Position numbers and translations under genes: made by a program. From positions 7,200,001-7,264,000 of the forward strand of contig CBDBDQ010000005.1 in the NCBI GenBank assembly GCA_965203905.1: a DNA stretch of 64,000 nt, given 5' to 3'. This DNA comes from Spirochaetia bacterium. Lineage in GTDB: Bacteria; Spirochaetota; Spirochaetia; SZUA-6; Bin103. The notes under the pieces are model-generated. The model saw only the letters and a list, made by a program, of their open reading frames with translations. It was not told the origin of the DNA and searched no databases. How positions within the stretch are numbered: the first letter of the stretch is position 1; the number at the start of each line of letters is the position of its first letter. Shown piece after piece: positions 30,742 through 39,563 of this stretch.

Positions 30742-31127
30742 CTACGACAGTCGCTTGAGGCGGAAGTTCTCGAAGCGAATCCAATGTTGTTCATCCGCCG
30801 GGCCGTTGTAGCACTAGATGCTCACCTGGTCGTTGCCTGGCGGCGGAAGTTCGCCCTTCGCGGCGGTCTGGAATTCGGTATCGCCTTGCGGGCAATACTG
30901 CGCCTCCCAGGAATCGGCGGTAACCAGCAGGCGCAGGCGGACGCTCTTGGTCGGCATCGGCTGTCTGCCGGGGATGATGTAGAGTTGGCCATCGACGAGT
31001 TCCTTGACCTCCTTGAACACCGGTTTGCCGGCTTGGTACCAGGTGATTCCCGCCTGCTCGTACTGTTGCGTGGGAAGCGTATGGTTGGTGACCGTTACTT
31101 CGACGGCGAAGGTGCCTTCACTCTTTC
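30742..31127 (-). pseudogene. Remnant of a concanavalin/DUF1349-like beta-sandwich protein
   Basis: GTFAVEVTV..QQYEQAGITWY...QVSI*CYNGP..HWIRFENFRL*; internal TAG at 30814-30816 and no 5' end. Confidence 0.55.
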
Positions 31128-31174
31128 ACGCACGCGGCAAACTCTCAACAGCTCCCCATCGCCTCCGCGGTGGG

Positions 31175-31978
31175 TCAGCGTCTGCGCCAGACGGGGGGCC
31201 GTTTCTCGATGAACGCCTGCATGCCCTCGCGGGCGTCTTCGCTGGCCAGCATTGCGTCGTAGGCGGGGTAGGTGGCAGCGAATGCGGCCTCGACGGAGCC
31301 GTGGGCCAGCCCCCGGAGCATCATCTGCTTGGTGGCGCGCAGGGCGAGGGGGGCAGCGGCCAGCAGCGCGCCGGCCCAGCGCGCGACCTCCGCGGTCAGC
31401 TCGGCGGCATCCACCACGGCGTTGAGCAGGCCGTAGTTCAGCGCTTCCTCGGCGCTGAAGAGGCGGCCGGTGAGGGCGATCTCCATCGCCTGCTTGAGAG
31501 GGACCTGGCGCGCCAGGCGGTGCAGGCCGCCGTGGGCGGCCAGGCCGACGCGCGGCTCGGGCAGCCCGAAGCGGGCGTGGCGGGCGGCGATCGCCAGGTC
31601 GCAGGCCAGCACCAGCTCCAGGCCGCCGCCGATGGCGTCGCCGTTGACCGCCGCGATCACCGGCTTGTCCAGGTCGAAGCGCTCGGTGAGCCCGCCGAAG
31701 CCGGTGGCCGGCATCTCGTCCACCGCGCTGCGCGCCCGCTCCTTGAGGTCGGTGCCGACGCAGAACGCGCGCGCGCCGGCGCCGGTGAGAACGAGCACGC
31801 GCGCCGCCCGGTCCGCGGCGTAGGCGTCGAACACCGCCGCCAGCTCGGCATGGGCCGCCGGATGCAGCGCATTGCGGCGCTCCGGGCGGTTCATGGTGAC
31901 GGTAACCACGGCGCCGTCGCGCCGCACCCCGAGATGCTCCAGCGCCCGTTCGTCGAGCGGATTCTTGACAGGGGCCAT
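31175..31978 (-). CDS. Enoyl-CoA hydratase/crotonase (CaiD-like)
   Basis: NRPERRNAL, KPVIAAVNGDAIGGGLEL, FGLPEPRVGL, DAREGMQAFIEKR. Confidence 0.92.
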   Translation of the reverse strand: MAPVKNPLDERALEHLGVRRDGAVVTVTMNRPERRNALHPAAHAELAAVFDAYAADRAARVLVLTGAGARAFCVGTDLKERARSAVDEMPATGFGGLTERFDLDKPVIAAVNGDAIGGGLELVLACDLAIAARHARFGLPEPRVGLAAHGGLHRLARQVPLKQAMEIALTGRLFSAEEALNYGLLNAVVDAAELTAEVARWAGALLAAAPLALRATKQMMLRGLAHGSVEAAFAATYPAYDAMLASEDAREGMQAFIEKRPPVWRRR

Positions 31979-32053
31979 GTCTCACCCTACCCTGCCGAGG
32001 TTCCGGCGCCCATCACCGAGGCGCCGCGGGACACACACATCAAGGAGGATCCC

Positions 32054-34090
32054 ATGAAACGAATCGCATTCCTCGCCGCGCTCGTGCTGTACGCGGCACC
32101 GCTGCTGGTGATGGCCGGCGGCACCGACGAATCGGCTGCCAGCGGCGACACCGCCGCTGTCGCGGGCCCGAGTTCCGACCGCGTGCGGCTGCCGATCGGC
32201 CAGTACAACATGGACGACTACGTGCAACGCACCGGCGCCGAGATCGTCTTCTCCGAGTCGCCCTTCCTGGCCGGCAAGGGTCTGCCGCCCATCGAGGAGC
32301 GGCTGCCCGACAACCCGGTGGTGATGGAGACCTGGATCGAGGACGGCAAGTACGGCGGCACCCTGACCTGGACCGAGTACACCATCGACTACGACCACTA
32401 CCTGCGCCACCTGAACGCGGTGCAGTTGATGGAAATCGCGCCGTCGGCGAGCAATCACCGCTACAACTTCGTTGGCGCCGAGATTCAGCCCTCGGTCCTG
32501 GAGCGCTGGGAGCAGAACGACGCGGCCGACGAGTTCACCTTCACCATCCGCAAGGGGCTGAAGTGGTCGGACGGCGTGCCGGTCACCACCGAGGACGTGC
32601 GCTACGCCTTCGAGGACAACTACTTCAACGAGGAGATCACGCCCAACCTGCCGACCTGGGCACAGTGGGGCGGCGAGCCGGTCAGGCTGTCGATCGTCGA
32701 CGACTACACCTTTTCATTGAGCTTCGCCAAGCCCTACGGCCTGTTCCTGAGCGAGCTTACTGGGCGGGCGCCGGGACACTTCATGCGCCCGGCCCACTAC
32801 ATGAAGCAGTTCCACACGGCCTACACCGACATCAAGGATATCGAGGGGGTCATGAAGGAGCAGGGCTACTCCGCCGAGGAGTGGGGCAAGTTCTACAACT
32901 CCTACGACGTGCCCAGCCAGACCGCGGCCAGTTACGTCCCCACGCGCTATCCGAACGCCATCGAGGCGCCGTCGCTGCATCCCTGGAACGTGGTCGACGA
33001 GCCCAACCCGAGCGAGTTCATCCTGGAGCGCAACCCCTACTTCTACAAGATCGACCCGACCGGCAAGCAGCTTCCCTACATCGACCGCGGCCACCGCATC
33101 TTCGTCACCGACCTGGAGGTGATGACGGCCAAGATCGTGGCGGGCGAGACCGACCTGCAGTTCCAGTTCATCCGCCTCGGCGACTTCCCGCTGTTCAAGT
33201 CCAACGAGGAGAAGGGCGGCTACCGCACCATGGCGCTGCCGGCGTGGCAGGACCAGCTCCTGATCTACTTCGCCTCGCTGACGCCCGAGGACGAGGTGTA
33301 CGCCGAGATCGTGCAGGACAAGCGCTTCCGGCAGGCGGTGTCGCTGGCGATCGACCGTACCGAGGTGAAGAAGTCGGTGTTCCTGGACTTCGGGCGCGAG
33401 GCGCAGTACGCGCCGCCCAAGGGCTCCGACGTCTGGGAGCAGTACATGGACGACGCCTACATGCAGTACGACGTGGACGCCGCCAACGCGCTGCTCGACG
33501 AGATGGGCCTGCAGTGGGACGCCAAGGGCGAGTACCGGCTGATGCCCGACGGCCGCCGGCTGGCGATTCCCTTCACCTACTACGAGGTAACCCCGACCGC
33601 CACCCCCGGCGCCGAGCTGTTCCCCGAGTTCATGAAGCCGATCGGCATCGACACCCAGATCAAGCAGGTGGACGGGCGCCTGTACTGGAGCCAGAACCGC
33701 GCCTTCGAGATCCACTTCGCCGACTGGTGGCTGCCGGTGCAGTACATGCACATCTACGGCCCCGCGTTCTTCAGCGTGACCGCGTTCGGCTGGCACAACT
33801 GGATCGCTACCAACGGCGAGGCCGGAACCGAGCCGCCGGACGAGGTAAAGCGGCTGTACGAGCTCAAGGAGATCATGCAGTCCACCGGCGACGCGGCCGA
33901 ACGCCAGGCGGCCCACAAGGAGATCTGGGAGAGCCAGGCCGAAAACATCTGGGTGATCGGCACGGTCGCCGCCGCCCCGGTGCCGTTCGTGTACAACGCC
34001 AACCTGGGCAACATCGGCAACGCCGCGGATGAGGGCTATTACTCGGTGGTGGTGGGCGACGCCGCCGAGCAGTGGTACTGGAAGAATTAA
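32054..34090 (+). CDS. ABC transporter substrate-binding protein, family 5
   Basis: Signal peptide; LPPIEERLP, GKYGG, KWSDGVPVT, ERNPYFYKID..QLPYID; AAGGAGG RBS. Confidence 0.9.
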   Translation: MKRIAFLAALVLYAAPLLVMAGGTDESAASGDTAAVAGPSSDRVRLPIGQYNMDDYVQRTGAEIVFSESPFLAGKGLPPIEERLPDNPVVMETWIEDGKYGGTLTWTEYTIDYDHYLRHLNAVQLMEIAPSASNHRYNFVGAEIQPSVLERWEQNDAADEFTFTIRKGLKWSDGVPVTTEDVRYAFEDNYFNEEITPNLPTWAQWGGEPVRLSIVDDYTFSLSFAKPYGLFLSELTGRAPGHFMRPAHYMKQFHTAYTDIKDIEGVMKEQGYSAEEWGKFYNSYDVPSQTAASYVPTRYPNAIEAPSLHPWNVVDEPNPSEFILERNPYFYKIDPTGKQLPYIDRGHRIFVTDLEVMTAKIVAGETDLQFQFIRLGDFPLFKSNEEKGGYRTMALPAWQDQLLIYFASLTPEDEVYAEIVQDKRFRQAVSLAIDRTEVKKSVFLDFGREAQYAPPKGSDVWEQYMDDAYMQYDVDAANALLDEMGLQWDAKGEYRLMPDGRRLAIPFTYYEVTPTATPGAELFPEFMKPIGIDTQIKQVDGRLYWSQNRAFEIHFADWWLPVQYMHIYGPAFFSVTAFGWHNWIATNGEAGTEPPDEVKRLYELKEIMQSTGDAAERQAAHKEIWESQAENIWVIGTVAAAPVPFVYNANLGNIGNAADEGYYSVVVGDAAEQWYWKN

Positions 34091-34178
34091 CGAGGTCGCC
34101 TTGAGACGTTCCGTCGCGCGTGTCCGGGGCTCAGCCGCCGGGCTCGCGCGGCGCTGACCTGCCCGGAGCACCGCCCGG

Positions 34179-35174
34179 ATGCTGGACTATGTGACCCGCC
34201 GCTTCGTCTACATGCTGCTGATGATAGCGGCCATGTCGCTGGTGGCGTTCATCATCATCCAACTGCCGCCCGGCGACTACCTGACCATGTACGTGCGCCA
34301 GCTCGAGGCGAGCGGCGAGGTGCTGGACGAGTCGGAAATCGAGTCGCTGCGCCGCCAGTACGGCCTCGACCAGCCGCAGCACCTCCGCTACCTGAAGTGG
34401 GTGGGCGGCATGTTCCGTGGCGACTTCGGGCGCTCGGTGCAGTGGCACAAGTCGGTGATCGACCTGGTGGGCGAGCGGCTCCTGCTCACCATCGTGATCA
34501 GCCTCGGGGCCACGGTGTTCACCTACGCGGTGGCGGTCTCCGTGGGGATCTACTCCGCCACCCACCAGTACTCGCTGTTCGACTACTCGGTGACGGTGGT
34601 GGGCTTCGTGGGCCTGGCCACGCCCAACTTCCTGCTCGCGCTGGTGCTGATGATCGTGTTCAACAATGCGTTCGGCGTCTCCATCGGCGGGTTGTTCTCG
34701 CCGGAGTACTCCACCGCGCCGTGGTCGCTGGGCAAGGTGTGGGACATGATCAAGCACCTGCCGGTGCCGATCATCGTGCTCGGCACCGCCGGCACCGCGG
34801 GCGTGATCCGGGTGATGCGCGGCATGCTGCTCGACGAGCTGCGCAAGCAGTACGTGATCACCGCGCGCACCAAGGGGCTGTCGGAGAGCCGGCTGCTGTT
34901 CCGCTACCCGGTGCGGCTGGCCCTCAACCCGATCGTCAGCACCGTGGGCTGGGTGCTGCCGGCGATCGTCTCCGGCGACACCATCACCGCCCTGGTGCTG
35001 AGCCTGCCCACCGTCGGCCCGCTGCTGTTCCGCGCCCTGCTCACCGAGGACATGTACCTGGCCGGCACCATCGTCATGTTCCTGTGCTTCCTGACCATCA
35101 TTGGCATGTTCGTCTCCGACCTGATCCTCGCCGCCCTCGACCCCCGCATCCGCTTCGAAAAAGCCCAGGCCTGA
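34179..35174 (+). CDS. ABC transporter permease (DppB/OppB-like)
   Basis: QLPPGD, YGLD, YVITARTKGL EAA-like loop, LDPRIR. Confidence 0.92.
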   Translation: MLDYVTRRFVYMLLMIAAMSLVAFIIIQLPPGDYLTMYVRQLEASGEVLDESEIESLRRQYGLDQPQHLRYLKWVGGMFRGDFGRSVQWHKSVIDLVGERLLLTIVISLGATVFTYAVAVSVGIYSATHQYSLFDYSVTVVGFVGLATPNFLLALVLMIVFNNAFGVSIGGLFSPEYSTAPWSLGKVWDMIKHLPVPIIVLGTAGTAGVIRVMRGMLLDELRKQYVITARTKGLSESRLLFRYPVRLALNPIVSTVGWVLPAIVSGDTITALVLSLPTVGPLLFRALLTEDMYLAGTIVMFLCFLTIIGMFVSDLILAALDPRIRFEKAQA

Positions 35175-35278
35175 CGCCCTCCGCCGCACTCGAACCGCAG
35201 CCCGAACAGATCCGACGATCCGGAGCGATCCGCGTGATTGGGTGGGTCGTAGTACCACCGATCGACACACTGTTCCTG

Positions 35279-35473
35279 TTGAACAACAAGCATCGCAAGA
35301 CCCTCGCCAGCGCGTTTATGAACCCGGTGTCTGGCTCCATCGAGTGGACCGATGTCGAGACTCTGCTTCTCGCCGCCGGCGCGCGGCTGATCAAGGGACG
35401 AGGCTCACGTGTGCGGTTGGAGAAAGATGGTGAGATTGAGACGTTCCACAGGCCGCACCCGAGCAATAGCTAG
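35279..35473 (+). pseudogene. hicA: Truncated HicA-family toxin
   Basis: LNNKHRKTL...IEW..VETLL...GRGSRVR...FHRPHP then early stop; no hicB present. Confidence 0.7.
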
Positions 35474-35490
35474 GCAATCGTCCGCCGGTG

Positions 35491-35922
35491 TCAGCCGTCG
35501 GCCACCTCGAACGCCGTCACGTTTCGCGTTTCGCGGCTGAACTCCACCCCGATCAAGTGGATCCGCTGCCCCCCACCAGGAGCAGTCGGCCCGCCACCGG
35601 ATCGGGCACTCCCCAACCGTGTCCGCTCGCCGCGGGAGCGGTACTTCGCCGCGTAGTCCCGCTCCCGCAACTGCGCCAGCGCCGATCCCGACGATGCCAT
35701 CTCCACCACCTTGAACTCGAACAGATACACGTGCCCGCCGGTGCGTACTGCCATGTCCAACCGCCCGTGGTTGCTCGATTCCTCCACCGCGATCTCGTAC
35801 CCCAGCGCCGCGAAGTACGAGTAGAACACGCTCGCGTAGAAGCCCTCGTAATTCGCGATCTGGTTGTTCGTGTACCACTGGTACGGGATGCTCGCGAAGA
35901 ACGTGTGGAACAGCTCCTTCAG
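35491..35922 (-). pseudogene. C-terminal PD-(D/E)XK fragment of an AAA-ATPase-like nuclease
   Basis: FFASIPYQWY..YEGFYASVFYSYF..GRLDM..YLFEFK..IGVEFS; no N-terminus. Confidence 0.75.
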
Positions 35923-35969
35923 GCCCTCTCAGCGCCCGCGGGTGGCGCGGCCTCGGTCAGGCGGTGGTT

Positions 35970-36172
35970 GCTCCACGGTCCACTCACCCCCTCGACCGAG
36001 CAGTAGACAGTTATGCCCGCGCGCATCATCAGGATAGTCCCCCACGAGTTCGCCCAACTCAACTGCCGTTCTGACCTCGCCTGAGTAATTACTCTCTCAG
36101 GGGGTGCCATCTGCCGTACAGCGTGCTGCAGGTACAGCAGGCATCAGGCGACAGCGCGCCGCACACGTCCAT
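35970..36172 (-). pseudogene. Frameshifted DUF4258-like toxin remnant
   Basis: Manual: LLYLQHAVRQMAPPERVIT, then frameshift, GEVRTAVELGELVGDYPDDARGHNCLLLG. Confidence 0.6.
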
Positions 36173-36201
36173 GGTCCCTTCCGAGGCCATTCATTTGGGC
36201 C

Positions 36202-36229
36202 TTGACCGTGAGGAGGCTTTGAGTATGAT
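36202..36229 (+). promoter_or_regulatory. Sigma70-type promoter of the RHH-MazF operon
   Basis: TTGACC-N16-TATGAT upstream of GAGGA RBS. Confidence 0.55.
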
Positions 36230-36248
36230 CTTACTGAGGATATGATTC

Positions 36249-36542
36249 ATGAATGAGCGCGTCACCGTCACGCTGCCCGCGGAGTTGGTTCGGGAAATCG
36301 ACCGCCACGAGCGCAATCGGAGCAAGTTCGTCTTGCGCTCAGTCCAACGCGAGCTGGACCGGCGCCGGCGGGACGAGCTTCGCCGCTCGCTGCGGAAGCC
36401 CCACGTGGAGAGTCAAGCGCTCGCCGAGGCCGGCGAGCGCGAGTGGTTGGCCGGTCTACCTGACGGAGACGGGGACCTGGTTGACCTGGCGCAGGGCCAG
36501 GCCGTTCGCTGGATCCCTGGACAGGGCTGGATCGAGCAATAG
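36249..36542 (+). CDS. Ribbon-helix-helix antitoxin
   Basis: RVTVTLPAELVREID...NRSKFV; directly upstream of toxin. Confidence 0.8.
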   Translation: MNERVTVTLPAELVREIDRHERNRSKFVLRSVQRELDRRRRDELRRSLRKPHVESQALAEAGEREWLAGLPDGDGDLVDLAQGQAVRWIPGQGWIEQ

Positions 36543-36592
36543 TGTGCGCGACCGCGGGCGGCGCCACGCGCGGTGTCTCGGGGTAGCGCGTC

Positions 36593-36937
36593 GTGCGACT
36601 CGGTCGCGGAACCATCGTACTGGTGACGCTCGATCCGACCCTCGGCCACGAGCAGCAACGCTTGCGGCCGTGCGTGGTGGTAACCGATCCAGAGGTGACA
36701 GAGGATCAGCGCTTTCCGATGGTCTGTGTTGTTCCGGTCACCATGACCCGAGGTGAGGGTGCCCTCTATCCGACGCTAACGCCGGGCGGGAGCGGCCTGC
36801 GAGCCTCTTCATACGCATTGGTGGACCAGGTTCGTGCCGTCGACAAGCGGCGCATTACCAGGGTCTTCGGTCGGGTCAGCGCCGACGAGCTGAAGGCGAT
36901 CGATGAGGGTCTGCGATTGTTGCTGGGCCTGGGGTGA
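36593..36937 (+). CDS. mazF: PemK/MazF-family toxin
   Basis: RGTIVLVTLDPTLGHEQ..RPCVVV, VDQVRAVDKRR. Confidence 0.9.
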   Translation: MRLGRGTIVLVTLDPTLGHEQQRLRPCVVVTDPEVTEDQRFPMVCVVPVTMTRGEGALYPTLTPGGSGLRASSYALVDQVRAVDKRRITRVFGRVSADELKAIDEGLRLLLGLG

Positions 36938-37221
36938 TGTGACGGCGCGGAGTAGTGCGGTGCCGGACGAGGTTCCAGGGTTTCGATTCGGTTGTCGTGG
37001 ACAACGAGGACGGCGACTGCGACCGGAAACTGGCTGAGGTTCTGCTGGTGCTGGAGGTTCTGGTCAACGGTGACGAACACATCGAACTCGGTCGCAGCCC
37101 TGCGAAGCAGCTCGCCGTTGCGGATGCCTGCCCAGCCCCTCCGTGGCACGGTCTGCACCTCATGGCCTTCCAGTAGCCGAGCAAACTGACGCGGGACCGA
37201 CTCATCGAGCAGAATGCGCAC
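36766..37221 (-). CDS. DUF5615 PIN-like toxin, C-terminus apparently frameshifted or replaced
   Basis: MRILLDESVP, GWAGIRNGELL, FVTVDQNL; tail runs antisense into mazF. Confidence 0.7.
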   Translation of the reverse strand: MRILLDESVPRQFARLLEGHEVQTVPRRGWAGIRNGELLRRAATEFDVFVTVDQNLQHQQNLSQFPVAVAVLVVHDNRIETLEPRPAPHYSAPSHHPRPSNNRRPSSIAFSSSALTRPKTLVMRRLSTARTWSTNAYEEARRPLPPGVSVG

Positions 37222-37429
37222 GGTCTATGAGCAGTTCGCCGGCAAGCTCAAGCACATCCTTGGCCTGGCGGCGGGACACCGAGGGGAAGGAATCGAGGAA
37301 CTTGTCCAGGCTGTCGCCGGCTTCCAGATGGTCCCACAGACTCTGGACGGGCACCCGGGTGCCGGCGAATACGGGCATTCCTGACATGATCTCTGAGTCC
37401 TGGACAACCAAGCCGGAGAGGCTGCGCAT
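37202..37429 (-). CDS. DUF433 antitoxin
   Basis: IMSGMPVFAGTRVPV..L..GDSLDKFLDSFPSV. Confidence 0.88.
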   Translation of the reverse strand: MRSLSGLVVQDSEIMSGMPVFAGTRVPVQSLWDHLEAGDSLDKFLDSFPSVSRRQAKDVLELAGELLIDRAHSAR

Positions 37430-37607
37430 CTGTGCTGGCTCCCTTGAAACGAGGATAAACAAATCTCGGCGTTGGTGGAAGAAGAACGCTGACCGGCGTG
37501 CTTGCATATTGGTGGCAGCCGCTCAACCTCGCGTTCGATCATCCTCGCAGCCTCTGCGCGACTCTTGAGATTTGCAGGGATCGCTCGTTCGATGTCGCGG
37601 TGGATGC

Positions 37608-38435
37608 CTACTCCGGGTGCTCCTTGAACTCGGTATAGTCGCGCTCTAGTTGCTCGGCGTTCGGGTCCAGGACCGGGCCCGCGTCGTCCTGTGGCTCGTA
37701 GCCGAGCACCTCGCGCGCCTTGTCGAGCGAGAAGATTTTCCAGTAGTTGTCCGAGGTGGCGAACACCACCGTGTAGCCGACCTCCGGGGGAGCGTCGATG
37801 GCGCGGATGTGGATCTGGGCGGTGTCGCGGTGGCTCAGCCACAAGGAGAGGGCCGAACCATCGAAGGTGGGCACGTCGTTGGACAGCGTGAAGCCGATCC
37901 GGATGGCGATAGTGGAGAGGCCGCGGGTGTCGTAGTAGTAGTGGCCCATCGCCTCGCCGTAGGCCTTGGACATGCCGTAGTAGCCTGACGGGCGGATCGG
38001 CGCGGTCTCGTCCAGTAGCGGGTAGGGACGCTGCACGCGCTCGAATTCCCCGGCGAAGATGTCGCAGTAGGGCCGATCGCGGTAGAAGCCACCCACCGCG
38101 TGCTGGGAGCTGCCGAACACGATGCGCCGCACCCCGCAGCGCAGCGCCGCCTGGTACACGTTGTACAGCCCCTGGATGTTGAAGCTGACGGTGGAGTCGA
38201 AGGGCGCCTTCATGCTGCGGTCGGCGGCCAGGTGCACCACCACGTCCTGGTCCTTGAACGCCGGCACCAGCGAGTCGATGTCGGCGATGTTGCCGCGGAA
38301 GTCGTGCTCCGCGTCGAGCCCCGGGGTGCCGTAGCGCGACAGCGCCGAGAGTTCGTAGCGCTCCGCGAGCTGGCGCTGCATCGCCTGCCCCACCACCCCG
38401 CTCAGTCCAGTAACCAGTACCCGGGTCTTCGCCAC
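37608..38435 (-). CDS. NAD-dependent epimerase/dehydratase (uronate dehydrogenase-like)
   Basis: VLVTGLSGVVG, VHLAA, YGMSK, IRIG, WLSHRD, LGYEPQD. Confidence 0.85.
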   Translation of the reverse strand: MAKTRVLVTGLSGVVGQAMQRQLAERYELSALSRYGTPGLDAEHDFRGNIADIDSLVPAFKDQDVVVHLAADRSMKAPFDSTVSFNIQGLYNVYQAALRCGVRRIVFGSSQHAVGGFYRDRPYCDIFAGEFERVQRPYPLLDETAPIRPSGYYGMSKAYGEAMGHYYYDTRGLSTIAIRIGFTLSNDVPTFDGSALSLWLSHRDTAQIHIRAIDAPPEVGYTVVFATSDNYWKIFSLDKAREVLGYEPQDDAGPVLDPNAEQLERDYTEFKEHPE

Positions 38436-38617
38436 CAGTGCCTCCCGCGGCGCAGTGTAGCGCGAGTCGGCGCTTTGTGGGCACCGCCCGGCGGGGCGAG
38501 CCGGCGCCTCATCAGCGACTCCTGCACGACGCGCGACGCCGGCTGCATCCTCTACACCGCGACCGAATTCCCGCCGCAACGCTCGTCGCGTCGGTGTCGA
38601 AGCCCGAGGTCACGTCG

Positions 38618-39496
38618 TCAGCCGTCGGCCACCTCGAACGCCGTCACGTTGCGCGTCTCGCGGCTGAACTCGACGCCGATCAGGTGGATCGGCTCGCCGC
38701 GGCCGCGGTACTTCGCGGCGTAGTCCCGCTCCTGCAACTGCGCCAGCGCCGCTCCCGGCGGCGCCTTGAACTCGAACAGGTATACATGCCCGCCCGTGCG
38801 CACCGCCATGTCCAGCCGGCCGTGGCTGCTCGAGTCCTCCACCGTAATCTCGTAGCCGAGCGCCGCGAAGTAGGAGTAGAAGACCAGGTTCACCTTCGAG
38901 AACTTGCTGATGCCGGTCAGGAAGGTGAACCGCACGTGCGCGTCCGAGTCCTTGATAACCCCGTAAAGGCCGCGCAGGTAGTCGCGGTTGGCGCGCGCCA
39001 CCTCCGGCGCCTCCACCAGCGCGTCCAGGATCGGCTTGTCGTACTCGTCCACCAGCACCGCGACCGGCCGTCCCGTCTTGCGATGGAGCGCTCGCAGCAG
39101 ACGGCGCAACCGCCCGCCGGCGCTGCTCACCCCGCGCGCTTCGATCTGCGCCTCGTCTTCCAGGTCCTCCAACTGGAGCAGCACGTCCTCATGCAGCTTC
39201 CCGCGCTCCGTGAAGCTCTCCCCGCCGAAGCTCAGCCGTACCACCGGATGGCGCTGCGACCAGTCGTGCCGGTCGTGGATGTAGAGCCCGGCGAACAGCG
39301 CCTCGTTGCCCTCGAAGAACTCCTTCAGCGTGTCCAGGAACAGGCTCTTGCCGAACCGCCGCGGCCGCGACAGGAAATAGCGCGTACCCTCGCGGAGCAG
39401 CCGTTCGACGTACGGCGTCTTGTCCACGTAGTAGCAGCCCTCCTCCCGCAGCGTGCGGTAGGTCTGGATGCCGATGGGCAGTCTGTGCCGCGTCAC
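38618..39496 (-). pseudogene. AAA-ATPase-like/PD-(D/E)XK protein with large in-frame internal deletion
   Basis: LPIGIQ, YVDKT, RPRRFGKS, LVDEYDKP, TGISKFSKVNL joined directly to VFYSYF..FEFK. Confidence 0.75.
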
Positions 39497-39563
39497 AGGC
39501 GCATCGTACCCCGTCGTGGGTCGGCGCTCATACTGCCGCGCTGTCGGCTTGGGCCTGAGAGCC

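Noticed and set aside
30814-30816. In-frame TAG as possible pyrrolysine or readthrough codon
   Set aside because: The gene also lacks its 5' end; a CAG-to-TAG nonsense change in a remnant is simpler, and no pyl genes were seen.
31004-32053. Apparent 1028-aa SBP with a long N-terminal extension
   Set aside because: The extension is antisense to the crotonase; the real start is ATG 32054 with an RBS and signal peptide. The same applies to the extended ORFs 7866, 45518..47428, 48581 and 59488.
35171-35205. Faint resemblance to the permease 3' end just upstream
   Set aside because: Too short and GC-rich to separate from chance.
37430-37607. Possible gene remnant (IHRDIERAIPANLKSRAEAARMIEREVERLPP)
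   Set aside because: Looks protein-like but has no start and no family I can recognise.
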